A stretch of 51,279 nucleotides of DNA from Chara braunii (Eukaryota; Plantae; Charophyceae), in the NCBI GenBank assembly GCA_003427395.1, contig BFEA01000016.1, forward strand, positions 3,352,892-3,404,170, written 5' to 3'. The translations under genes and the position numbers were made by a program. The notes beneath the pieces were generated by a model that saw only the letters and a list, made by a program, of their open reading frames with translations, was not told where the DNA came from and did not search any database. Each line of letters starts with the position of its first letter. The stretch's first letter is position 1. Of this stretch, positions 23,989 through 35,881 are shown piece by piece.

Positions 23989-25947
23989 CATGTGTGTGTG
24001 ATGATGTGTGTGAACACATATTGCGGACGCTTCATCACATAACAAATACATGCTCTATCCCACCGTCATATCTCGGGATACACCCCATTGGGACCCTGAT
24101 AGATTTCATTCGTTTCCACAGATTCCATCACGTATGTAAAAGAAGAAGGTGTGAAAGAAGGATCCGGTGACAACGAACACCAGGGCGTAAAAGAGTAGGG
24201 AGCTTTATTACCAAAAAACAATCCTACTGTCCATTCCACCATAGAAAATGCGTATGCTACAAATGCATATAAAGCAAAGTTTAAGATCACACGGCAGGCA
24301 GAAGGTCACAACATTCAAATAAATCCCAACACAGCTAAAGGAATTTTTTTCTAATTAAACCACCAGTCGACATACACCCCTGGAAATTTTTCGGACTAGG
24401 GGATCCTCCCAGACAAGCTGCTAGGATTCAAATGTGTCTATCAAACTGCAGAATGCTATTTCTCTATGATAATACCCGGGAAAAAAAGACTCAGAGGAAT
24501 ATTATTCATAGTTATCATGAGACAAACTCATTCACGACTTCAAATACTCCCTCGATTTGAAACTCTGATTGATTTTAGGAATCGAATATTACTCATTAGT
24601 CCAGGTTCTACCAGAAGAATAGGAGTAACACATAACGAATGGACCAACTCACTTCAGAATCTATGCTTCCACGCACTCAATCTCCAAACAGTGATATCAC
24701 TCACGTTCCTGTTTAGTTTCTCATACCACCAAGAGGGCTAAAAAAATCAAACACAACCATGCTACGTATGCCTTCCAGGTTCCGTCACATCTCGCCTCTC
24801 TTCAACAAGTAACGATCAAAGAATATAAACCCCCCACCAGAACAAACATTCACCCTCGCTCTACCATGCTAGATCGTCGCATCTCATTATGACATCGATA
24901 TCATCGTCGCACCATCACCCCACAACAAAGTAGCACGTCACGAGCGATCCTCACGACATGCCTCAACTATACAACCCCTTGCTCTCCCCGTGCCATTCTA
25001 CACCCAGTCTCCTACATAGTCATCGTCACCCCATACTCCGCCCATCTGCCTCGTATGCCAATCATTTCCCACCGATACCCTGCAGATCGCTCACACGCGA
25101 AACATCATCTTCAGGACCACTCGTGGCTGCTCAGTAGGACTCCGCAATCTGTCAGCAACGAACATTGCCCGAAGTACAAAAAACAAACCCCTCAGGCAAA
25201 CGCACCAGATAAGAATCGAGGAGAAGGACATTTGATAGATGAAAGAACCCCACATTCCCCCAATCATATCGCAAGCAAACACTACCCTTCGCAACCAGGG
25301 TTTCGACAGAACAAGAAGCGCAACACAAAACAGTCGTAAGTGCATTTCACAACCACATTTATTATTTTACTAGGTATCTCCAAACAAAGGTTCTCAGAGT
25401 AAGTGTCACTCACCATTTTACCACACTACGGGTAGATGAGAATCCTAAACGTTACATTAGGCTAGGGTGGTGGCAAACATCCTAAAACATGTTTTTCGCC
25501 AGTCTTGCCACTGACATAGCTCATTAGAGGAACAATATAAGAGCACATAACATGACGTTAGGAAGGCATAACTGAGAACCATTAACCATAACTTGGGTAC
25601 GTGAGGGGAGAGGGTGGGGGGTGGGGGGAGGGGACGCAGACAATCAACATTACCTCTGGTTGTGGCACGGTAGCTTCTACCTCTGCGAGGTGAATATCTA
25701 GCATTTCCTCAAATCCGAAAGGAGACTCCATACTGGTATAAGCAGACCCTTTCGTGAACTTAGCGAAACTGCATTACGTGGCGTGCGGACGATTGCCACA
25801 CCAAAGGGGACCAGTGATGCCGATATCGAGAGTGTTGCCGATATGGCGAGGGACAACCTTGGCAGGGACCCGAAGGGTCGAGCAGAGAACTCGAAAGCGA
25901 CAGACGCGCAGGCACGAAACGGAGAATTCAGCAAAGCAACACTTCGG
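23989..25947 (-). mobile_element. Repeat R copy 2 (longest, ~1.96 kb)
   Basis: Left end CATGTGTGTGTGAT shared with copy 3; right end ACTTCGG shared with copy 1. Confidence 0.85.
25480..25531 (-). ncRNA. Hammerhead-like motif with mutated core (CUAAUGA)
   Basis: UCCU/AGGA stem I and perfect palindromic stem III AAACAUGUUU, but a G-to-A change in the core. Confidence 0.4.
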
Positions 25948-27867
25948 TATCAGTGGCAAAACCCTGGTCCTGACGGTTAATGCGCTCTTGCACGAAAGAC
26001 CGCAAAACGACTTTCCCTCATGCATGACCGCATTAACCCGATGTCGAGCGCATCGGTCCGACACCACTCAGAGGTAGCGCGGGACCCTCCCGACCACGTC
26101 ACGCAGGAGTCGGAATACAACCCTTATTGCGATACACTCGTGGAGCTTCCGTAAGCCGCTCCGACCGGGTGCGCCAGCCATACCACTCGCGATCCCTTAC
26201 GACAGGACAGGGCCTACGCGAGGCACGACTACCTCCACCTTACGGGAGCTGTCACCTCCCTTCGGCGGGCGTATCCCCGCCGAGCTACCAGTCCACAGTA
26301 CGAGAGCTGATGAGCTGCAATCGCAGAGGTGGACCAGCCAAGGGCATTTCTCGTTCGTTGTAGCATAAGGGGTACGCGCGGTACTACGCCTCTATCGGAC
26401 CCGCACGTGAAACGACATCTTGGGGGGCTGAGGTCCCAAGCGCGGCTCATCGCCGGTCGACTAGGACGTATCCCACGCGCCACGCACACAGCACTGCAAG
26501 GTACACAAAAGTAAAGCACGCGTACACACGCACACGAGTACTGAACGACACAAAGGACGTACAACGCGACACACTCCTAGTCCCTTTGTATCCAACCCAT
26601 AACTTCACGCAGTGGAAGTCGGTAACTGCCGTACGCGAGGTTTTGTATAAGATCGCTCGAACGTAGGATCCACGCATACCAATTCACTATGCAGCTCTAC
26701 GTGAGTAACTGCGATAACGGCGCATTATGTGGTGCCCATACCCAAATGGCCTATTCTGAGCCATGCGGTCGCTTCCGATGCTCAGGCGTCGGCTGACGTG
26801 TGCGCCAAGAGGGGGTAACCCTTTAGCGCGCGCAAAACCGGCCTGAGGGTTTTACCGCCTTCTGCACCCTGAGGTGTCCCAAAGGGTGCGGGGCAAGATG
26901 GTCCCTAGGGCAGGAAGGGCTTTGGAGCGGTGGTGAGTTGTCTGGCGCATCACCAGCGACACGCTGATCCTTCCACCCGGAACTTTATCGTTCCACCAAA
27001 ATAAATCCCAACAAGGAAAGTTCCTTCGACTTTTATCGGAAGTGAACCTTTTCAGAGCTAGTCCTGGGACCTGGGTCGTCCTGGGCGAGGACCATCGTAT
27101 TCTAGGCTCAGGGCTAACGTCCGGCCACAAATTCCTTCCGAAGCGTATATATAAATAGAGGGGTCATCCTTTCTCTACTAGCCCAACCCCTGATTAACTC
27201 CTTAGCACGTGGTCCCTTCAGACTACACAAGTACCCTACATAGGTACGCATACATACTCATATGGGAATGAACGTGTGACGATCACATCTCACAATCACA
27301 GTGGGTCTCCTCATGCACATATATAAGATGGCAGGGCAGTCCAATCCAATAATCCAAGTCACAGAACATACCTGCAAACACATCAAAGAGTCAAGCAGAA
27401 GACCACACACTACACGGAGTCAACTCCAACCAATCTCCATGCTCATACCCTTTGCCTCAGCCATGCAAGCCCCAACCTCCAGCCAACCAACCTTAAGTAA
27501 ATACTCAGTACCTTTGTTAAATGGTCATTCAATAAAAGTCCGGGTGAAACCTTAACAAAACAGAATAGATCACCAGGGTTGAAGCCACTTTAGGTTGAGT
27601 AAGGAGAGTGGGTTGAGGTTGAGTCGTAAACCGACGAGTCGGCAACCGACCTGTTATCTGTGATAACAGAAAGTGATCCTTGTAGGATCAACTGAGTCTA
27701 GTCCACGTCCTGAAGCAACTTGATCCAAGAGACCTGTGACACAAGCCAGGTCAATCTCAAGCTAAGTCTACCTGCTCAGGGAGAGTAATCTCCACATCCT
27801 AACCCTACTCGAGCCGTCATATCTAACCAAGTCTAGGTCCACCTCTAGATAGCACTCAGCGTAAGGT

Positions 27868-27905
27868 CTGTCTCTTATACACATCTAGATGTGTATAAGA
27901 GACAG
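27868..27905. other. Nextera mate-pair junction adapter (two Tn5 mosaic ends) - assembly artefact
   Basis: Exact CTGTCTCTTATACACATCT+AGATGTGTATAAGAGACAG between identical 71-bp duplicates (27797-27867, 27906-27976). Confidence 0.98.
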
Positions 27906-28024
27906 TCCTAACCCTACTCGAGCCGTCATATCTAACCAAGTCTAGGTCCACCTCTAGATAGCACTCAGCGTAAGGTGGACCTCGCCATAGCCTCCCCTAC
28001 ATAGATCGCCACTTGTCCAACTAT

Positions 28025-29530
28025 AGGCTAACTCCTCTAACTTAGGAAAATTTCGGCAGCGCTTCCCGTAGGAAAAATGACATCGCAGAAAATATACTAG
28101 TCCAAATAGTCAAACTTTGGATCCCAGAAAATCAAAATTTTGTCTAACTCCCCGACCTAGCAAAAACTTGGGTAGCATTTCCTTCAAAGAGCAAGGCTTC
28201 TCAGATTCATACTAAGTCAGAGTTGAACTTAGACATGAAGTCGAAGTTCTGTCAGATAAAATCCCAACCAACTCCTTAGATTTGTAGAAATTTCGGCAGC
28301 GCTTCCCGTAGAGAAAATATTAGTCTAAGATTTATACAAGGCCAAGTTTGGAATTTGAAAATGACTTTGATCCTTCAGGGCCCAATTTTGGCTAACTCCC
28401 TGAATTAGTAAAAATTTGGGCAGCACCTCCTTTAGAAAAGGAGGCTCCCCAGATTCTTACTAAGTCAAAGAAGTCATCAAGGCCGGATCCTGAAAAAAAC
28501 AAAGTTTTGACTAACTCCTTGATTTTGTAGAAATTTCGGCAGCGCTTCCCGTAGGGAAAGTGGCTTACCAAGATTTATACAAGACCAAGTACGAATCAAA
28601 AGATCCCAGAAAATATAGAAATTGATCTACGTAAAAAAAACACGAGCCCAGAAAATGCAGGAAATGACTCCAACCTCTAGCAAGTGGCGAGCAACTATAG
28701 CAACTACCTATCAAATCCAAACTCAGACTAAGAAGTGGCCTCACTTAGTCACATGCAGGTCAAACCACAGACATGCACTCTCTCACCATCCCCAAGTTAC
28801 CTTAGCAAACAATAGTTCATAGTCTTTCGATGATTCGTCCCTTATACCCAGCTTACATAGGGCATAAGGCTAGACCACCCAAACTTATGGAACATGTCTA
28901 GCCCAACCAAGAAGTATACACGAACACAAGGCACAACAACTTTTCTCTTCTTTGGGCATCTGACTAGGCCACCCTAGTCGCCCTGAACTGCTTAATATCC
29001 AAAGTTTATATAATTGTCTGTACTTAGTCTTTTGAGGTAGCATATGGCTGAGCCGATCATCTTTAGCTCAAGACTCGGCCTGCCCCTTCGTACCATAAGT
29101 TTATTCTTAGTTAAGTACTCTCTTCAGTTGGTGATAAGCTATAGTCAGGCCACCCAAACTTATGGAACCCTGCCTTACTAGCCTGTTCATAGATAATATA
29201 GTAGTAAAGTATATCAAAGTTATAGCCTTCTGGTTCCAGCATGTGCGAGGCGTTGGACCAAGACCACCCAAACTTATGGGACATGTCTTGGTCCTCAGCC
29301 TGGTTCGTTTTCTCTCAAAGTCAAGGCAAGAAGAAATTGACAGAAACCCAAAGGTAACAAGGCCGCCAGACTACCCAAACTTATGGATTTGACTGACTCT
29401 TGAAAAAACAATCACATTCAGCCCTCACAAGTCAGAGCAACCAGAACACCCAAACTTATGGGACATGTCTGGTTCTCAAGGCAATACAAAGTAAACATAG
29501 CATTGGGCCTTCCCAAACTTATGGAACTGG
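28025..29530. repeat. Tandem arrays inside E2
   Basis: AAATTTCGGCAGCGCTTCCCGTAG three times at ~240-bp period (~28048, 28288, 28532); CCCAAACTTATGG six times (~28878-29525). Confidence 0.85.
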
Positions 29531-32500
29531 CCCAGCCTTTTGTTGACCCGGTCAAATTTCATGCAATACTGTCTTTCTCCCACCCTTCCCCCAGATACAC
29601 CCCATAATCTGCTTTCAATCAATCAAAGAAGTTGAAACTTAACTTTATACATGCATTCTTTTACTGTGTCTGGTTATGTCCTGAATAGAAAGCAAGATTT
29701 ACAGGGACAGGCAGACATACATCAATCAGCTATAGGGGGGATATGCCAACATGGGTATAGTGGGAGTATACAGACAGAAAGAAGTTACCTGATGGTTCCC
29801 TACCTCCAGAATCTCGCCTAGGTTCCGGCAGAGCTCCCGCAATCGGTGGGATGACTCCCCAAAGAGCCTTGATGCGGACCTACGGGTTGCAATCCCGCCT
29901 GCCGCCTTCCCCTCGTAACCAATAGACTAGACTTGGAGTAAGAAAGGCAGAAAGAGATAGTCAGACTATCGAGATCCAAGAGGGGTGCACTCAGACTCGC
30001 ATGAGAGGGCCTTGTTGTCTTCGATCGCCTGAGGGCCCCGCAATGATGGCCAATAAACGCAATATAGCCAGTCAATCGAAGCCGAAACGCAGAGTAACCC
30101 TTCATGGCAAGCCTTCAAGTTGCAGCAGCGACCCCCGTGCAAAAAAAACGATCACTCCCACTGCTCACAGTCTCTTCCCTTGGCCCAATGCTGCTGCTGC
30201 GCTTGCTTGTGCTCTGCTTAAAGTGCGCCGGCCAGCAACCACACTCACCGGGATGTTGCGCACACAGCAGCCATGTGTAGTAGCACAAGTACCAAAGGTA
30301 ACAGGCTACTATGCTGTACATCAGGCCTTGTGAGCGCAGCAATTGTTTCCCACGATATATCGTCCAATGCACGGTAGGCCGAGGTCCTTTATAATAACGG
30401 AACTTATAAATGCTAGCAAAGATGCCCAACCTAGGCAGTTGGAGGCACAACAACGCCGACAATCTCAACAAAAGTACAGCGAAGGTGCCACAGCCGCAAG
30501 TCGATGGTCCGTTCTCAGACTCCAGCTGTCACAGTCCACCACCTGCCGAGTATAGTAGCGGCAGCAGCACCTTAGTGACAACGCCAGTTGTGTTTGTCAC
30601 TGCAAAGAAAAAACATATTAGCAGTTCAGCAACAGGTTTAACAGCTTTGCTCAGGCCTCAGTAGCATGCCCCGCAAAAACACAGTCCGGGCGTTGGGACA
30701 CCCCGGCTGCGACCGAGCCCTTCTTGTAGCGAAGAAACAGCAGCCCTTTCACCCTTAGCGGCTTAGGAAAGAGAGTTTGACTGTCGCTGCTATGGCCCTT
30801 CAATCGTCCCAGCCGTAGTACCAAGGCGGCTGAATACTCCTCAAGCCCAAAGAACAAAGTCTACTGTTCCCAAATACAGCAGTGAGAAAAACAGTCGTGC
30901 TCAGCAGGCCTCAGTAAGCCCATACCTGGCCGAGCAACTCCTACTGCCGCAAGTGGGGCACGGCAGTCACATAGCCGTATTAGGGATGCTGTCCCTCATG
31001 ACCCGGCCGTTTGACGCCAACAACCATAGTCTCTGAATTAGTTACCAGTCACAGCAGCAGTAGCCCTCTCCACAGCATACTCAGTTTCTCCCGGCAGCAG
31101 CTGTCTGGTACCCTCCGTAGTGGCAGCTCACACAGCCACCTTCTCCCCCTGCAGCATCAACCCCACCTACTGCGGGGAATGGGCGTACCAAGGTGACTCC
31201 TACCACAATCTGTATCCATACGACTACGAAAAAAAAAAAAAAAAAAACGTGTCGGCGATGCTTATGACGCTGCTAGTTATGTCGTGTCAATTCCTGCCAT
31301 TCTACAAAATGTGCCCAAGGAGGGTGAACGTATAGCTCGAACCTGGCCAAGTGCAGTGCCCCCTGACACAGACTGCGCGTGCAGCTCCAGCAGCTATGTG
31401 TACTCTCTCTCCCCCCCCCCCGCTCTTTCTTTCTCTCTCGTGCGCACACCCCGACGTCACCTAGCGGAAGCTTGCCCATTGGCTGCCGCTGTGCTCATTA
31501 CGGGTCAAACCACGAATGGATCTTCTGCCAGGAGATGGGTCTATACACGCTAAATCTGAGAATGAACCCTCCCCTATCACAAGCGAAGAGACACTGTATT
31601 ATTTCAAACAGGATTTGCCGTCAGACAGCACTATCCCAATCAGCATGCCCACCAACTACGGAGAGATGGGCCTTCCAAGGAACACCTCGTGGTGAGGAGG
31701 ATGGCCGCCACTGATTCGAGGACGGCAACGAGCTTACTGACGACAGGCGGCCTTGATCCGCTATTCACCAGATCTGCCACGTCGGATTAAGCCGCCCGCT
31801 AACACACATCGGCCTGGCCAAGAGGTAAGCCTCCAATCTTGCAACAGTGGCACGCTCCTCTTATCAATAGACTGCACAAAAACCAAATGAACCTCCCTCC
31901 GAAGTGTACGAAGGTTCATTCAGTCTTCCTTCTGCAACTTGTTACAGGAAGGAGCGAGACCCTGTCCCACGAAGGAGAACCGCACGATCTCGCCCAGCGG
32001 TACGATGTGCAAACTGGCTATGAGTTCCTGCCAGACCATGGGAAGATACGTCGACCCTCCTCATGATCAGGTACGTGGTGCCGCTACCATCCCCCTCTCT
32101 TTCCCCGTCTACTCCATCGCTCTCGCAATGCCTCTCCTCCTCTCTGGCTACTCCTTGCCTCTCACACCCCTCTGTTTCTTGGTCTGGTGTGAGCTTAGTT
32201 GCTGCGGGCCGTACTGATGTGCTCGTTTTGAGTTGTATGAAAATGAACCTTCCGCAGAAATGAGGGAAGATTCATCTCGCGATGCGTAGGGGAATCCCAC
32301 TACTCCCTCGTTCACACCGCGGAGCCCCTACATCTCATAGCCGCCAAATCATCACTCCCACGCGGAAACTAGAGCCCCCATCTGACTCGTAGCACTTTAG
32401 AACCCCCGTTTAGCATCTTTGCTTGCCCAAAACGGTCAAGAGATGGCCGAGACAGGCCAACTTTTATTCTCTGCCAACTCCGACACCTCCGCACAGTCCA

Positions 32501-35300
32501 CAACCCATAGAGCGCCCACAATACTATCCTATTGCTAAATCTAACTGCGTCATCATACTCGCAGTGCATCAAAACCCCAATATCAAGTCTTACTTCGCCC
32601 GATTCCGTCAAGGAACGGGCGAGATATGACTTCTTCTCTCCTACTACTCTACTTCCACCATCTCCGCCGTCCCCGTCGTCTTCTTCCTCCCGAGTATAAC
32701 ACACCCCTCACAGCCCTTCGTCTGATAACAGTTCGAGATATCAACACGGAACTGCTACCCAAGGCTGGCCCTGGCTTTATACTAATCGTGCTTGCGCAAG
32801 GCCATGCTAATCCTCCCTGCATCGTTCCAATTTTAACGGATGTCCCGAAAGACACATAGTGGGGCGGCAGTCCAAGGCACTGCTGCGGAATTGGCTGGCG
32901 CCAGGCAACACAGAGGTGAATTTATCCTCTCTTTATCTGGGGGTGTCTGGATTCGGACTTGAATCTGTTTTCCCATAGTTCATACATGTATAAAGTGAGC
33001 TAGGGCCCTGGGTCTTCAATGCTGGTTCGGAACGAGCATCGACCCTAGTCCCAACGGGGATGCTCGCACTCAATCCTCTCGTAGCAGATTGTGGGCAACG
33101 GCCAGTGCACTCGGTCCTACACCCTGGCCAGGTACCTGCCCCCTCCCTTTTATCATATATGGGCCAGGTCAACTTCCTCTTTGTTGCCCCAAACTCCCCC
33201 CCCTTTTTTTTTCTCTCTTTTTTCTGATGTCCCGAAGGACAAAAAGGAGTTCCCACAATGAGGCTGTGTAAGGTCAGATCCGGAACCGGATCTGCATATC
33301 AGCAGTTCATTGGCTTATCACTTGAGGTGAGCCCCCTGGTCTGTCCCATGGGCCGGTCCACTTCTAACTCAAGCCTGTGTTTCATCAACTCCAGAGTGTA
33401 CCAGCCGGTCTAGCTCATACAGCCAGTGTNGTGGGAAGTGGTACCGAAGTGGTACCGCTCCTTCTCAGGAAAAATCCAGGGCTGTGGTGTTTCACTGATC
33501 TATCTCACGTGGGGCCCAAACTAGGGTCTGCGTTTCAACAGTTCAGTGTGTATCCACTGCCCTAGGCCAGTTGGTTCTGTCCAATGCTATGGGACCGACA
33601 CTGCTACAGTCCCAAAGAAAAAAAAAAAAAAAAAAAAAAAAAAGTGAAAACAACTATAGAGAAAATAGGGGTGTGTGGGGCCTGCTGCTAATCAGCAGTG
33701 TGAGCCGTGGTGAAGCTGGCTCAGGTGCAGATCTTGGGGATAGCAGCAAATATTCGGATGGAAACTGTGCAGCCCGAAGCGAAAGCAGACTCCATGTGAT
33801 CAGCCGCTGCAGCGGCCTCCGCCTTGGTGCCCCCCCGCTGACCAACTGCAGTAGTGCCTATTTGGTACTTCGCTGGCTGTACGGCGCCATCCACAAATTG
33901 TGCAAAAAAAACCTTCAGGTTCTGAAATAAATAAATAAAAATAAGTCGGCATTTCCCTTACCCCGCGGCTCCACAGGCTATTGACAAATGGGCACACATG
34001 ATGGCAGCCTTAGGATCTTGACAAGTCTGTGTGACCGGTCTCGCACCTTGCGCACCCAACGGGCATGCTCACACTCAAACCTCTCACTGCAGATCGTGGG
34101 CGACGGGCAGCGCATCTGCAGAGAGCCCCCCCTCAGCACCCCCGGGCCTGCTGCGATGCCTGCTGCGTGAGCCTAGTTGGAGCGGGTCCCAGTGCAGAGC
34201 TTGGTGGCAGTAGTAAATATACAAATGAGAACTTGAAGGTTGAAGTGGCGAAGGCTTCCATGTGAACAGCCGCCTTGGTGTCCCCTGGCCGACCGTGCCC
34301 AGGGCGCAATTCACCATCTTTCGAGTCCCATCGGGCACGCTCACGCTCCAACCCCTCATAGCAGATTGTGGTCGGCGGATGGTGCGCCCTCAGAGGGGCC
34401 ATGCCACCCAAGCCTCTTCCGCTTCGTGGGCTAACCCGCTGGTTTGCACGCCCGTTGAAATCCTCAGTCCGTGTCTCAACAGTTCATGGGCGTATCAATT
34501 GAACCACGCCCCGCTGGTCCCCGCACACAACTCCGGTACCAGCGTTGTCGCTGCGCGCCAGAAACGGGACCGACAACTAAAAATAACTAAAGAGAAATAA
34601 AAATAAAAAAAACGATAAAAATAAAAATACGAACGTCGGAAACCGGAGCTTTGGGGAAGGGAGGCCGTCGTACCCCTCTCAGTTCCGCCGACCGGGCCCA
34701 TGGATGGGCCGTCAACAAAAACCGAAGGGGATAGTCCCGCCGGGCCCTCAACCCCTTGGCTCCTTCTGCACTCCAACGCTCTGCTCCGCTGCCCGCTGGC
34801 CTCAATCCCCGTACCTCCGCCGTAATAGTCCGGTACCATAGCCTATAGGGCTAAGCCCAAGCCTGGTATTGGCCTGCGCGGTATTCCATATGAACAGGTG
34901 CGGCGCAGCCCCCAGGCCTCATTCCTACCTCCCATTAGGCACGCTACCGCTAGGCTCCTACGTCGGCTTGCCCTCTTTGCACCGTGGCCGCCTCGCACCC
35001 TACTCCGTACGTCAGCCCCATCAGCAGTCGACCGCCCTGAATAAAACCAAAAACTCTTATTCCTAATAACCATCCAAATCCGGCCGGCAAACTAAGTCGG
35101 CCACTTAATCAAACGAGGAAATCACCCACGCGCCTTAAGACTGCGCGCCCACTCACTCTCTACTCTAGTCAACCGTCCCATCAGTGTAACCCAATAGATT
35201 CAGCCGCGACTTGCGCGGTGTACTTTAGAATTTTAAACTTGTTTCCTGTCATTTGCAAAACTAGGGCGGATACCCTTGTCAGGGTATTCGCACCGACGCC

Positions 35301-35692
35301 GACCAGTTGAGGAGGACTAAACCGAGGGCTAATCCCTTCCTTAAGTATGCTTTGCTCCTCACTAATCTCGAATCCAGAAGAACCGGCGCATTTGAAAGCA
35401 TGGGACCAACTGGAATTTTCTAACACTAACATTTTCACTACCAGGTCCCAAAGAGCCTTCGTAGGTAGGTAGAAGGAAACCAATCTTTCGGTGCATTATA
35501 TATCCTCTTGGATTGGGAAGCACCCCCGACAAGGGTTTCGTTTAGAACCTAACTAGGCCAAAATATTGTACGGGCAAAATAAAGACTGACCCTGTTCCTC
35601 AGGCATTTTTCTCTATTCGACAGCTATTTATAATGGTAAATTGACTCAGACTCCTGAATGTGTGTGTATGTGTGTGTGTGTGTGTGTGTGTG
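35301..35692 (+). mobile_element. Repeat X copy B body plus (TG)n
   Basis: Inverted match to 3786-4149; (TG)n at ~35659-35692; its 5' parts lie at 23712-23740 and 25970-26038. Confidence 0.75.
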
Positions 35693-35881
35693 GTGTGGCC
35701 CACCCCTAACCTGCCAGGGGAAGACCGACCCAGGGGGGGTTAGGGGAGAACCCTAACCCACTGGGTCAGGTTTCTCCCTCAGCATCCCCTCACCAGGTTT
35801 TCGTAATGATCAATGAGGGTTCACCACCACAACGACATTCATCCACAGACGCATTAAACAGGGGCAAGTCAAGAAATGGCA

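Larger units (their letters stand above)
26042..35171 (+). mobile_element. Element E2: large LTR-like or composite insertion splitting repeat X copy B
   Basis: Starts TGTCGAGCGCATCGGTCC; TATA-like TATATAAATAG ~27148; palindrome 27651-27669; internal tandem arrays; X homology resumes by 35301. Right end (CTAGTCA) is tentative, TSD unconvincing, may be several nested pieces. Confidence 0.5.

Noticed and set aside
26307-26335. CTGATGAG followed by a small hairpin, hammerhead-like
   Set aside because: No GAAA box after the stem.
27868-27905. Tn5/IS50 horizontal transfer
   Set aside because: Exact synthetic mosaic-end junction; library artefact.
29734-29770. PPT or PBS at GGGGGGGATATGCCAACATGGGTATAG
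   Set aside because: No matching second LTR and no recognisable tRNA 3' complement.
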